Origin: a bacterium
Lineage (GTDB): Bacteria > Hinthialibacterota > Hinthialibacteria > Hinthialibacterales > Hinthialibacteraceae
DNA: 21,701 nt
Reading direction: 5' to 3'
NCBI GenBank assembly: GCA_963663405.2
Contig: CAXXSM010000051.1
Coordinates: 1 to 21,701, forward strand
Each line of letters begins with the position of its first letter. The first letter of the stretch is position 1. Shown in pieces: positions 9,934 to 20,554 of this stretch. The notes below the pieces were generated by a model. That model was given only the letters and a program-made list of their open reading frames with translations. It was not told the origin of the DNA and ran no database searches. The translations under genes were made by a program, and so were the position numbers.

Positions 9934-11094
9934 CTATGGCAAAGGAGTATTGGGTTTGACCGCATCACTGGGATAGGGATTGTCAGGACCGAATACTAAT
10001 AGATCATTGTATTCTTCAATGACTACAAACGATTCATCTACTTTGCCATCTTCACCGGTCACACGGCTTATATCCAATCCTAAATGCTTTGCCATAAAGG
10101 GATACATGGCCATGCGCTTGGATTCGCCATAGTCATGTTTTTCATTGGGAAAATGTACATTTTCGACTTTGTCATCCGCTCCATAAAGACTGTACACATG
10201 CTTGATATAGGGAAACTCAGTTTCGGGTGTATATTTGGTCCAGTCATCACCATCGGAGACAAGCATTTGTGGTTTCGGCGCGAACAAGGCCGCGATTTCG
10301 GCGTTGTTGGTCTTGTGATTAGGCCCCCAATGGATTGGCATGTAACTCTCGCAAACGCATCCGCCAAAGAAATGCGCGGACACCTGGCAAACGGGTACCG
10401 CCACTTTCACTCGAGGATCAATCGCTGATAGCAGAAATGTTTGTGTGCCGCCTCCGGAACAACCGGTCATCCCAATGCGTTCGCGATCCACTCCATCCAA
10501 GGATTGAATAAAATCAAGCGCCCGGATGCTGTTCCACGTCTGAAGCCGGAGAACTTCCGGCGTATCTTTGTGTGACCAACCCGCTTCTTTCCAGTCTCCA
10601 TAACCGACCATATCATAAAGAAAGACCGCCGCTCCCATGCGGGCCAATACAGCGCACCGGGTTTGCCGCGAATCCCGGAATCGCCCGCCATGACCGTGCG
10701 GACACAAGATTCCCGCCAATTCTCCATCGAAATCTGTGGGACGGTAGAGTGTGCCGGTTACATAAAAACCGGGCCAACTCTGAAACGCCACTTCTTCGAC
10801 GGCGTATCCTTCATAAGTCCTCTTGTCATAAAATCTGGGTTTGAGCGGTGTTTTCTCCGGCAGCGTAGACAGTTTGGCGCCTTGTAGAATCCCCTTGCGA
10901 ATTCTCTCTTTGCGCAGTTTCCAACCGGCTAAGTCTGAATAGGAGTTTTGAAATTCCTTCAGTTCTTTCGCCGCTTCTTCGGGCGTCTGCGCATGCCCGG
11001 TGCGAAGTTTCGGGGAGGATTGGTTTTCTTCCGCTTCCAAAGATCCGATGGAGACACATACCGCGAGTAAAAAAATAACAACGATTCGTTTCAT
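9934..11094 (-). CDS. Secreted alpha/beta-hydrolase (acetylxylan-esterase / carbohydrate-esterase-like)
   Basis: Signal peptide, CPHGHGG oxyanion region, YDMVGYG, nucleophile elbow G-C-S-G-G ([10 protein letters not shown]), GGCVCE, Asp in DGDDWT and His in HDY. SD AAAGGA. Confidence 0.88.
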   Translation of the reverse strand: MKRIVVIFLLAVCVSIGSLEAEENQSSPKLRTGHAQTPEEAAKELKEFQNSYSDLAGWKLRKERIRKGILQGAKLSTLPEKTPLKPRFYDKRTYEGYAVEEVAFQSWPGFYVTGTLYRPTDFDGELAGILCPHGHGGRFRDSRQTRCAVLARMGAAVFLYDMVGYGDWKEAGWSHKDTPEVLRLQTWNSIRALDFIQSLDGVDRERIGMTGCSGGGTQTFLLSAIDPRVKVAVPVCQVSAHFFGGCVCESYMPIHWGPNHKTNNAEIAALFAPKPQMLVSDGDDWTKYTPETEFPYIKHVYSLYGADDKVENVHFPNEKHDYGESKRMAMYPFMAKHLGLDISRVTGEDGKVDESFVVIEEYNDLLVFGPDNPYPSDAVKPNTPLP

Positions 11095-11136
11095 CGTGAT
11101 TTTTCCTTTCTTGGGTTTTTATTGTCAGACATATGG

Positions 11137-11165
11137 ATTGTGATTTGTTTTACCGGCATATTCAA
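11137..11165 (-). promoter_or_regulatory. Candidate sigma70 promoter for the esterase gene
   Basis: The minus strand reads TTGAAT-N17-CACAAT about 40 bp upstream of ATG 11094. Confidence 0.45.
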
Positions 11166-11195
11166 GTCTAATTCTTGTAATACTGAACACGGGCA

Positions 11196-11455
11196 TAATC
11201 TGAGTTTTTAATTCCTTTCAACGAGCGGGTTTTTTGTTTAACGAAAAACGCAGAGTATGACCGCGCAGAGTAAATATTAATCACCTGGGTGGCAAGGGGA
11301 AGGTTTTTTTCTCCCCTTGCATAATTTCCGGGACGTAGCGCCAGGGCAGATGAAAAACCTTGTCCTGGCCACCCGCCGTAATCTGAGTTTTTCAATCCTT
11401 TCGATAGGCGGGTATTTTGTTTAATGAGAAACGCAGAGTATGACCGTGCAGAGTA
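11196..11455. repeat. Pair of 77-bp imperfect direct repeats (11196-11272 and 11379-11455)
   Basis: Manual ungapped alignment gives 67/77 identical positions at a period of 183 bp. Each copy ends in GCAGAGTA-TGACCG(C/T)-GCAGAGTA. Confidence 0.95.
11287..11374. repeat. Inverted doublet of REP-like hairpins (REPIN-like)
   Basis: Unit A (+, 11287-11320) is GGGTG-GCAAGGGGA-aggtttttttc-TCCCCTTGC. Unit B (-, 11374-11340) is GGGTG-GCCAGGACA-aggtttttcatc-TGCCCTGGC. Each unit forms its own 9-bp stem, and the outer GGGTGGC/GCCACCC ends are complementary. Confidence 0.75.
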
Positions 11456-11516
11456 TAACGTTCTGTACACTGAGTTCGAATTAAATCGTGGATAGGAGAG
11501 ATATACAAATTGAAGA

Positions 11517-11546
11517 TTGAAAACGTTATAATAAGCATGCTATAAA
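11517..11546 (+). promoter_or_regulatory. Candidate sigma70 promoter for the 11616 gene
   Basis: TTGAAA (11517-11522), an 18-nt spacer ending in TG-c, then TATAAA (11541-11546). Confidence 0.45.
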
Positions 11547-11615
11547 GCAGAAAACCATTGCGATATCTTTTCTATTGTCTGGAATCGGAATCTCGTTCAG
11601 AAAGGAAACAAAAGA

Positions 11616-13674
11616 ATGCGAGTTCGTCTAACAATATTTTATATTTCATTAATTCTATTTCTTTCGTACTCATCCGGATTTACGGACAGCCATGACGTTG
11701 TTCTTCTCGATGAAGATTTCAGCGCGCTCGAACCGGGAATGTTTTCATCGGGAGTGATTGGCGCGCATGTGGAATATCATTATTTGCGAGATACCGCTCC
11801 GAAAGGGAATTGGGTAGTTTCCTGTTTCCGGTTTTATCCGGAATCGCAGCGCGCCTGGTATGTCATTCAAGAAAACGGCGAAGCGATGATGCGTCAGGTT
11901 TCCCGCGAACGGACGAAACATACACATCCCATGATTGTCACGGGCAGTGAATGTTGGAGAGACTATACGGCCACCGTCCGTTTTGCGCCCGATTCAGATG
12001 AGAAACAAAGTGGTTTCGCATTCCGGTATAAGAATGACCGGTGTTATTATTTTGCCGGTATTCATCAAGGAAAAGCGATTTTAAAGCGTGTCAATCACGC
12101 TACCGCGTTTCATAAACCGGATGAAACCATTCTCGCGCAAGCGGAATGGGATTTTAAATCCGGCGCTTTTATAGCCGCAACAGTGAAGGTCAATGGCAAA
12201 CATATTCATGCGTCGTTCAATCAAACGGTTATTCTGGAAGCGGACGATGATACCTTTCTCCAAGGAAAAGTCGCATTAACCGCCGATATCCCGACTCGAT
12301 ACAGCGAAGTCAAAATTACAACATCGTATGCGGAGAAACAACGAATCGAACGGGAAATCCAGCAAAAAGAAATCAAAGAAAAACTGCTGCAAACAGACAA
12401 TCCCAAACCGGTTGTTTGGAAAAAAATGACAATGGATAATTTTGGGGTGGGGAGGAACCTGCGATTCGGAGATTTAAACGGCGACGGCGCGATCGATGTC
12501 CTGTTCGGTCAGGTGATTCATCATGGTCTCAAAGACCGTAACAGCGAATTAAGCTGTCTCACTGCCACAACCTTTGATGGTGAAATTCTATGGCAAATCG
12601 GCGAACCGGATCCATGGAAGGATCATTTAACCAACGATGTCGGTTTTCAAATACACGACCTCAATCACGATGGAAAGAACGAAGTTGTATACTGTATGAA
12701 TCAGGAAATCATCGTGGCGGAAGGCGCCACCGGTAAAACACTCTACAAATCTCCCACACCGAAAACACCGCCGGGCGATCATGGCGGACACAATATCTTC
12801 CCTCGCATTTTAGGGGATTCACTCTACTTCTGTGACTTGCGGGGAATCGGTCATGACTGTGATATTATCATCAAAGACCGTTACAAGTACCTTTGGGCGT
12901 TGAATGACCGGTTAGATATTATGTGGATGGGACAGTGTGTAACGGGTCACTATCCATACGCGTACGATACGGATGGCGATGGCAAAGATGAACTGATGAT
13001 GGGCTATACCCTTTTCGATGATGATGGCCAGAAATTGTGGAGTCTGGATAACACGATCGAAGATCATGCGGATGGTGTCGCGATTCTCAAATTCAAACCG
13101 GAAGAAGAGCCCCATCTGCTATGCGCCGCCAGCGATGAAGGAATGTTCTTTACCGATATGAAAGGAACCATTCTCAAACATCACTACCTTGGTCACGTCC
13201 AAAATCCAGCGACGGCCAATTTCCGTGATGACCTGCCCGGTTTGGAATCGGTTTCTATCAATTTTTGGGGAAACCAGGGCATTATCCATTTCTTCGATGC
13301 GGATGGAGAATTGTACTTCGATTTTGAACCCGTTCAGCATGGCAGCATGTGCCTGCCCATCAATTGGACGGGGAAATCGGAAGAATACTTTGTCCTATCA
13401 CCCAATGTAATAGAACGGAGGCCTGTATGATGGATGGGGGCGCCGTGTAGTAAATTTCCCTCGCGGACGGGCATCCTGAATTATGTAACACCGTGATGGA
13501 TATAAGCGGTGACTGCCGGGATGAAATCGTTGTTTGGGATACGTACGAACTTTGGGTGTACACCCAGGATGACAATCCCCAAAATGGCCCATTGTATAAG
13601 CCGATCCGCAATACCACTCTACAATTACTCAAACTACCACAGCGACCGTTTCATTGCCCGGATGGGAGAAATAA
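11616..13674 (+). CDS. Secreted protein: N-terminal ConA/DUF1080-like beta-sandwich plus FG-GAP Ca-binding beta-propeller, distantly like rhamnogalacturonan lyase PL11 (YesW/YesX); C-terminus frameshifted
   Basis: SD AAAGGA and signal peptide. WRDYTATVRF..SGFAFRY; repeated DxDGDGxxE/D motifs (GDLNGDGAID, HDLNHDGKNE, YDTDGDGKDE, DISGDCRDE); GHY, DHADG and GHVQ His motifs. After indels at ~13415-13640 the reading continues as GGLYDGWGRRVV..DGHPELC..DCRDEIVVWD..PLYNYSNY..SLPGWEK* to TAA at 13672-13674. Confidence 0.72.
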
Positions 13675-13797
13675 TAACTTCTTCGAGTTCGCCGTATTGC
13701 GTTTGCAATCGTAGATGAAGTGTTCTACAATCTCTCATATCCACTGGATATCGACGCTCACTATATTATATCGGAACAAATAGGGAGAAATTACTAA

Positions 13798-15375
13798 ATG
13801 AATACTCGTAAACCAATATCCCATTGTATGAACCTGCCAACTGAACCGCCGGAGATTTCTAACTACGGGTTGCGCTGCTGGAGCCGGAGCGGCGCATCTT
13901 CTTTCGAATCCCCAACGCTTGTACGCCAAAGAACAATCAAACGAGATAAAAATCCGGATTATCCATTCACTTCCACGACAAAATTCAACCTGGTCCAGAC
14001 TGGCCCAACGTAGGATTTAATTTTGTGCCCGTCATGGAAAAAGTCCAACAAGATTTGACCCGCCTCTGTCCAGGATTCAAATTCGTAACTTCGATGGCGA
14101 AGGGCGCGGATGAGGCGAAAGCTATTCTTGAGCAGGATAAGACCGAGAACATCGATGGGTACATCGTGTATCAGATGAACTGCTGGAATCGCGTCGTGCA
14201 AACAATCGCCACGTCGGGGAAAACCGGTTCTCTACGTCGATTTCCAATACGCTGGCAGCGGTGGATTCCTCGTTTATACAGCGGGTTTCCTTCGTGAAAA
14301 CTCCCTCAACGTAGGATTCGCGGCGTCGTCAGAAATGGAAGACCGTCGCGGAAGCGGTGAAATGTTTTTGCTCTGGTGAAAAAAGGCGGCTCTCTAAGTG
14401 ATTTTGTCGCCGCGACACGGAGTGTACGGATAGCCCGGACGCCTAAGCCTGGTGATCTTTCTTGTAATGATGATCCTCTGAAAACTATATCCACAGAGGA
14501 ATGCGTCGAGAGGTTGAAGCAATCGAACGATTCTGGCGGTTCGAAATCAAGAATCCGGACCCGCCGAACCGATTTTGAATATCCCCCATGGAATGCGTCT
14601 CTTTCGCGGAGGTGAACGACGCTTGGAAGAACGCGGATCAAGACAAAAGCCGCGAGATCGCCTACCGCTGGAAAAAGAACGCTTTGGAAGTCATCGATAT
14701 ATCGGACGAAACTCTTGTCACTTCCGCGGCCATGTATCTGGGGATGAAAGACGTTCTGAAAAAACATGACGCCAATGCGATCACAATCAATTGTTTGGGT
14801 GGATTTTACGGGGGGCACATTCACGCCTATCCATGCCTTGGGATTTCATGAATTGAACAACGAGGCTTTAATCGGCGGCCTGTGAATGCGATGTGAAATC
14901 AACCGCGACGATGGTGATGAATTACCGCGATGACACAAGGCCGACCTGGTTATATCTCCGATCCGGTTATCGATACGGCCAAGCGTCAAATCATCTACGC
15001 CCATTGTGTCGCGTCCAAAAAAGTATTCGGCCCCCGAAGGTCCAACAAATCAATTCTCAATCATGACACACTCGGAAGACCGGCAGGGCGCCTCCGTCCG
15101 TTCGATTCTTCCGCTGGGGTATATGACTACGTCTATCAAGGTCGATCAGCAGAATAAAGAGTTCATCTTTCATCAAGGCAAATCGGTCGCGAACGATCCG
15201 GATGATCGGGCCTGCCGAACAAAATTATGCGTGGAGCCGGTTGGGGATATTGAGAAAACTCTTCACCATGTGGGATCAATGGGGCTGGCACCGCGTCACC
15301 GCGTATGGTGATTTAAAAGAACCGGTATTTGCTCTCGCTGACCGGATGGGCTGGAAGGTGGTCGAAGAAGCCTGA
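13798..15375 (+). CDS. Tat-signal L-fucose/L-arabinose-isomerase-like protein (multiple frameshifts)
   Basis: SD GGAG before ATG 13798. Fragments stitched across frames: LNRRRFLTTGCAAGAG..LYA, DWPNVGF, DGYIVY, AAMYLGMKDVLKKHDANAITINCLG..AYPCLGF, CECD, GRPGYISDP, YAHC, HSEDRQGAS, CRTKL, WHRVTAYGD and MGWKVVEEA* (TGA 15373-15375). Confidence 0.7.
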
Positions 15376-15452
15376 TTTTAAACAGCAGATATCGAAAGCG
15401 TGAAGTTAAACAAGTATTTCCGAATTTAAGATTTGTATGCTACTTCTTAAAA

Positions 15453-15488
15453 AAAGGATTCTTCCTCAACTTGGGGGAAGAATCCTTT
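15453..15488. terminator. Intrinsic terminator-like hairpin, possibly bidirectional
   Basis: Perfect 13-bp inverted repeat AAAGGATTCTTCC (15453-15465) / GGAAGAATCCTTT (15476-15488), preceded by an A-run and followed by T-rich sequence, ~80 bp after the isomerase-like gene. Confidence 0.7.
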
Positions 15489-15551
15489 GTATATATTTTC
15501 CAGTCTCATTACACTCCCCGCTGGTGATCTCATTGTGAAAGGTGACGTCGG

Positions 15552-17085
15552 ATGTATATCGTTCCGTCCTGTATTCAGCGATGTATAAAGATTTCTATAT
15601 ATACAATTGCTATCATAAGCGTCTTTCATATCTCATTGATAGAGTCCAGCGCTGCGGGGAGTGAAGCAGAAGATATCTTTTACGCCCCGCTTACGGATTT
15701 AACAAATCTCACTGTTGAAGGAAAGCATCGCTTTGGTCACAATCAATGGCGTTACAGGATTTCAATCCACCAGTCTGCGCACAAAAGCGTTTATCGATAC
15801 TCATTTACACCAAGGCGAAACAGGAACCGTATCCTTTTGGTTTACACCATTGGAAGACTTGGATTTTTTCCCAAACGCAGGCAATCGAGTTGAAGAAGAT
15901 AAGTATGTTTTTCATTATCCATTTATTGCCGATGTGTTCCCACCGAATCAAGCGGACAAGATGAATTTTGGGATTTTTTGGTACAATCACGATCCGCAGA
16001 TATTGGGTAAATTCGCAGCAGGCGGGATCTGGACAATAATGGAGTTATACATTGCCGCCCTATGTCACTATTGAAAAAATACCCATGCGGCCCGGAGCAT
16101 GGTATTATCTCGTCATGACGTGGGATAAGAAGGCGGGAACGATTGAAATGTATATCAATGGCGCGCTGATGGGATACAACCATGAAGCCGCCGGTTTCAT
16201 GAAAAGCAATGATACGCTTTATGTCGGATGTCCGATGATGGTGATGCGGGATGTACAATTGACGAATCGAGGTCCTTCCGGTCAAAGAAATCCGAGCGAA
16301 TTACAAGAAGCAACGGCTTGAAACCAATGACACCGTCGACGCGGAGATCGTCAAAATAACAACTCCCGCTTACGGCCCAGATTCGGATTTTAAACTCGAT
16401 GATTCATGGAATAAGTCATTTTTCTGTTCGTTTACAAAAGAAGAGGATTTGGATGGTTGGTATTATCAGACAGATGAATCTTCACTGGATTCCATGATTG
16501 TCAAAATCACACCGGAAGGATTGTATTTCAAAACGCCTGATAAAATCGACAATTCCACCCGCTTGACTCTATGGGGCCCCCAGCTATTTGAGGGCGATCA
16601 ATGGCTGGAGGTAGAGTTCCGGCTGGAATCTCCAAAAGGCTTGGGATTGGTCATACTATGCGCCAGCGGGATGGGGAGAGAAGATTTTATCACCGATCAC
16701 GGTTTGAAAAATGATCGGGAAAATGAGTCCAATTCTAGCCGGAACAAGAAATTACCATTGGGAATTTGTTCGGCGGGTCAACGTGATTCGCACCGATATG
16801 GAAACTCAATCAGTTTATAAGAATCCGTGGGGAAAGCATTTGCATTTTGGTGTGATTCCGAAAGTGGAACGGAATCGGTGGTATAAATTAAAATTAATCA
16901 AGATCGGAGACCGCTTACAAGGTTCATTGGACGGGAAGATTGTGTTCGATGTTAGAGATCATCCGAATCAACATACAGGCCCTTTCCTCAACTATGGCCG
17001 CATCGCGTTGCGACATATGTATCATACGGCTATCCGATATCGAAATCTTACAGTATATGAGCGGAATCCCTATTCACAGAATTGA
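15552..17085 (+). CDS. Secreted protein with a LamG/ConA-like domain and a C-terminal DUF1961 (YesU-like) domain (multiple frameshifts)
   Basis: Consecutive overlapping + ORFs start at 15552, 15715, 16052, 16449 and 16711. GTVSFWF..WYYLVMTWD..MYING is LamG-like. TLWGPQLFEGDQWLEVEFRLESPKGLGLVILCASG...YHWEFVR...WYKLKLIK...GRIALRHM...YRNLTVY is DUF1961-like. Confidence 0.65.
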
Positions 17086-17112
17086 CTAGCCTGGATTATA
17101 AGGCAAGTCATT

Positions 17113-18721
17113 CTAATCCTCATCGGAACCTGCTTCATGCAGGTCTTTCCAAGTAAGATTGAATTTCATCAAGTATTTTCTCAACCGGTCCGAATCATTG
17201 GAGATTTTCCGGCTTTTTCGAGATACAGAAAATAATTTTCGCCCCGCTTCCGAGAGGGATTTGGATTGACGGCATACCTCGGTCACATCCGCCAGTTGGA
17301 CTCGATCGAAACGATCCAGCTTCTTGAATTGATCCATCCCAATCAACTCAATCAAACGTTCCGTGGCGGGAGACTGTTTTTGAATGGTCCATCCGTTTTG
17401 CAGCCTGCGAATTTCTTCTTGGACCACATCTTCCGTAATGCGTCCAGCGGGCGCCATTGTGGCGAGGCGTGTCATGGAGCCGCCCAGGTCGCGAAAAATT
17501 GTAGAGCCACAGCGCCTCGGCGGATCGCGCGAATTTCAAATAGAGGCGCAGCGCTTCTTTGTTGAAGCGAATCGTTTTCCCTTCACGTTGTGTCAATTGA
17601 TCGAGTTCATACATCACATTCGGTTCGATATCCTCGCGCCGTTCCGCAAGGCTGGCTAGTTTGAATGTCCATAAGTTGATACGCGCCAACAGATCTTCAC
17701 GAAATTTCCCTCGTTGGACCTCCTCCATCAAATCGCAGTTGGTTCCGCAGATCAGTTGGAAATGGCTTGTGGTTTCTACATCGGCGCCCATCGGCAAGAA
17801 GCATTTATCTTCGATGGCGCGCAGCAGCATCGACTGTTCATCCAATCCCAACTCTCCGATCTCATCGAGGAAGAGTAAACCTCCATCGGCTTGACGCAGC
17901 AGACCTTCACGATCTTGAATGGCGCCGGTAAACGCGCCTTTTTTATGCCCGAAAAGAGCGGACATAGCGGCGTCTCCGCGCAGCGTCGCGCAATTGACTT
18001 CGACGAATCGTCCATCGATTTGACGGCGCAGTTTTTTGAGTTCGAATATACGGCGTGCGAGTTTGGTTTTTCCCGAACCGGTCGCTCCATACAATAGCAA
18101 TGGATCTTTCGAGTGAATCGCCACATGCTCGATCTGTTCAATCAATTTGTTGAATTGTTTATTGCGCGTATCGATTCCGGATTTCAAAAACTTCTGACTT
18201 TCCGTTCTCTCTTCAAAATGACGCTGCGCGATACGGTCGTACTTAGAAAGGTCAAGATCGATGATCGTATAAACGCCAGGCTCATGGAATTGGCGGCGGC
18301 GTGGAGGAGAGGTTTGGATCAGCTTCGCCGGAAAGTGACGTGATTCCGTCAATAAGAACATACAGATTTGCAGGACATGCGTACCCGTGCTGATGTGAAC
18401 GAAATACTCCTCCTGATCCGTATCGAAGGAATAATGGCGGGTGAAGTCATGCAGCGCCGCATAGACTTCTTGAAAATCCCACGCGTCCTTCAGGGGCATC
18501 TCATGAACACATAGGTTTGTTTCCGGTGAGACGGAATGAATATCCGAAACCACTACGTTTAGAAGATTTTCATACCTAGGTTGATAGATTAAATCAAAGC
18601 GGTCAAAGAGAAGTTCTTCATGCTGGAACAAGGACAGACTCGGCCGCCAGCTATCCCAACGCTTATTCCCTTTCCCCCGATCTAAGGTTGAACCAAGAAT
18701 TCCAATCACAACTTTTTTCAT
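17113..18721 (-). CDS. rtcR: RtcR, CARF-domain sigma54-dependent activator of RNA repair genes (one frameshift at ~17495)
   Basis: N-terminus VVIGILGSTLDRG...RWDSWRPSLSL, DAWDFQEVY, HISTGTHV and IIDLDLSKYD are RtcR hallmarks. Walker A GATGSGKT, GAFTGA and Walker B LFLDEIGE are present. The C-terminus in ORF 17113-17475 has SLSEAGRKLFSVSR...NDSDRLRKYL. An extra base in the A5 run at 17494-17498 breaks NFRDL. Confidence 0.97.
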
Positions 18722-18732
18722 AATAGAGAATA

Positions 18733-18758
18733 TTATAATTTAATATATAAAATTATAA
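18733..18758. promoter_or_regulatory. Candidate RtcR upstream activating sequence
   Basis: Inverted repeat TTATAATTT-N8-AAATTATAA immediately upstream of the rtcR start and ~110 bp upstream of the -24 element. The AT-rich context lowers its significance. Confidence 0.4.
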
Positions 18759-18866
18759 AGATTTAAGAAATAATTTTTTTCAAAATCAGTAGAGTCTCTA
18801 TTAAAAATAAAAATATCTATTTGTGAATTATGGACTTATGTATCTTGAAGAACAAAGAAATCAAAG

Positions 18867-18884
18867 TTGGCACGAATTCTGTAA
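18867..18884 (+). promoter_or_regulatory. sigma54 -24/-12 promoter of the rsr-Y RNA-rtcB operon
   Basis: TTGGCACGAATTCTGTAA versus consensus TGGCAC-N5-TTGCW: perfect -24 and variant -12 (CTGTA). It lies ~60 bp upstream of the rsr ATG, divergent from rtcR. Confidence 0.8.
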
Positions 18885-18941
18885 CTCCTATGAGTAACTT
18901 TCAGGCATGCGAATCAAGACTTTGGCCTAAAGGAGAGCCTC

Positions 18942-20539
18942 ATGGCGAACAAGAATCTCTTTCAAACTTTGCTCGGAACAATGGCTCCGAAAACAGATCA
19001 TATCAATGAAGCGGGTGGCGCCGCATATAAAATGACGCCGAAACAAGCGTTGGCGCAGTACGCCGCAACCGGAACCTTGTATTCAACTTTTTATGCGACA
19101 GATGCTCAGCAGCTGAATACTATTTTAAAAGTCTGTTCTCAAGTGGACGCTGAGTTCATCGCCAAGACCGCTGTCTATGCGGTAGAAAAAAGGATTCATG
19201 AAAGACTTGCCCGCTTTACTTTGCGCCGTTCTTTCTATAAAAGAGCACGGCTCTTTTATCGACAGTTTTCGATCGAGTTATCGATTCACCGAAGATGCTG
19301 CGTAACTTTGTGCAGATTATGCGGTCAGGTGTTGTTGGCCGGAAGAGTCTGGGTTCACTGCCAAAACGCTTGGTGAAACAATGGCTCGCAAGCCGTTCTG
19401 ATGAGCAGATATTCAACGGTTCTGTAGGGAATTCTCCATCTATGGGTGACATCATCAAAATGGTTCACCCTAAACCCGGAACAGATATGCGGGACGCGCT
19501 TTACGCGTACATTATCGGAAAAGATTACAATTTGAATGATTTACCGCTGATCGTCCAGGATTTTGAACAGTATAAAAAAGTGCGATAAACGTGACTCTCT
19601 TTCGCCACCGGATGTGCCGTTCCAAATGTTGACCGCGTTGAATCTAGGGAAACGGGAATGGATGGCGATCGCCCGGCGGGCCTCATGGCAGATGACGCGG
19701 ATGAATTTGAATTCGTTCCTGCGGCATGGAGTGTATACGGATGAATCAGCGGTTCATTTGATCGCTTCCCGTCTGCGGAACAAAGAATTGATACAGAAAG
19801 CAAAAGTGTTTCCCTATCAAATTATGATGGCGTACAGCGCCGCTTCCACGGATTTCCCGCTGAAATACGGGACGCGTTGCAGGACGCTATGGAAATCGCT
19901 CTGGAAAATGTTTCAGTATTGGAAGGTAAAATCTTTGTCTTTCCGGATGTTTCCGGTTCGATGCATTCGCCTGTGACTGGATACCGAAAAGGAGCGGCGT
20001 CGGCTGTTCGCTGTATTGATGCAGCGGCGTTGCTGGCTGCGGCGTTGTTGCGCAAAAATAATAAAACGATTGTACTCCCGTTTCACGATCGAGTTGTGAA
20101 ACGGCAATTGAACGGCAGAGATACCGTTATGACAAACGCAAATCGTTTAGCGTCCATCCCTTGCGGGGGAACCAATTGTTCCGCGCCGTTGCGTTATCTA
20201 AATAAGAAAAAAGAAACGGGCGATATGATTATTTACATATCGGATAATCAATCTTGGATTGATACAAATTGGAAGAAGTTTATCGGCAATGATCCGACGA
20301 AAACAATGAACGAGTGGATGCAATTTAAAAAACGGAATCCCCAAGCGAAGATGATTTGTATTGATGTTCAGCCGTACGCAACCACACAGGCGCCGGAGCA
20401 GAAAGATATAATCAATATCGCTGGATTCTCCGATCATGTTTTTTCACTGATCGCATCGGCTTCGGCTGATTCATTGGAAGAAAATTTCTGGGTGAATCAT
20501 ATCGAGTCGATCGATCTGAAAACCACTGAAGCCGCTTGA
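18942..20539 (+). CDS. rsr: Ro60-related TROVE + vWA domain RNA-binding protein (about 4 frameshifts)
   Basis: SD AAGGAG. MANKNLF..NEAGGAAY..ALAQYAATG, FMKDLPALL, MLRNFVQIMRSGVVGRKSLGS, DIIKMVHPKP, PDVPFQMLT, WQMTRMNLN, VFPYQ, MIDAS DVSGSM, GGTNCSAPL, SDNQSW and CIDVQPY. Shifts near 19190, 19250, 19580 and 19855. Confidence 0.95.
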
Positions 20540-20554
20540 TTAAAACTACATTTA

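Noticed and set aside
11196-11455. CRISPR mini-array or riboswitch interpretation of the repeat region
   Set aside because: There are only two repeats of 77 bp with a 106-bp structured spacer and no cas genes. The element lies upstream of both candidate promoters and shows no riboswitch consensus I recognise.
11168-11470. 100-aa minus-strand ORF with an in-frame repeated peptide (YSARSYSAF..KQ.TR..KG.KNSDY)
   Set aside because: It is a by-product of the 77-bp DNA repeat, whose 183-bp period is a multiple of 3. It has a GTG start with no evident SD, differences between copies are mostly non-synonymous, and it runs through the hairpin core.
17348-17500. Programmed frameshift or a separate HTH gene in rtcR
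   Set aside because: A single extra base in an A5 run breaks the conserved NFRDL motif, and the same kind of error affects all neighbouring genes.
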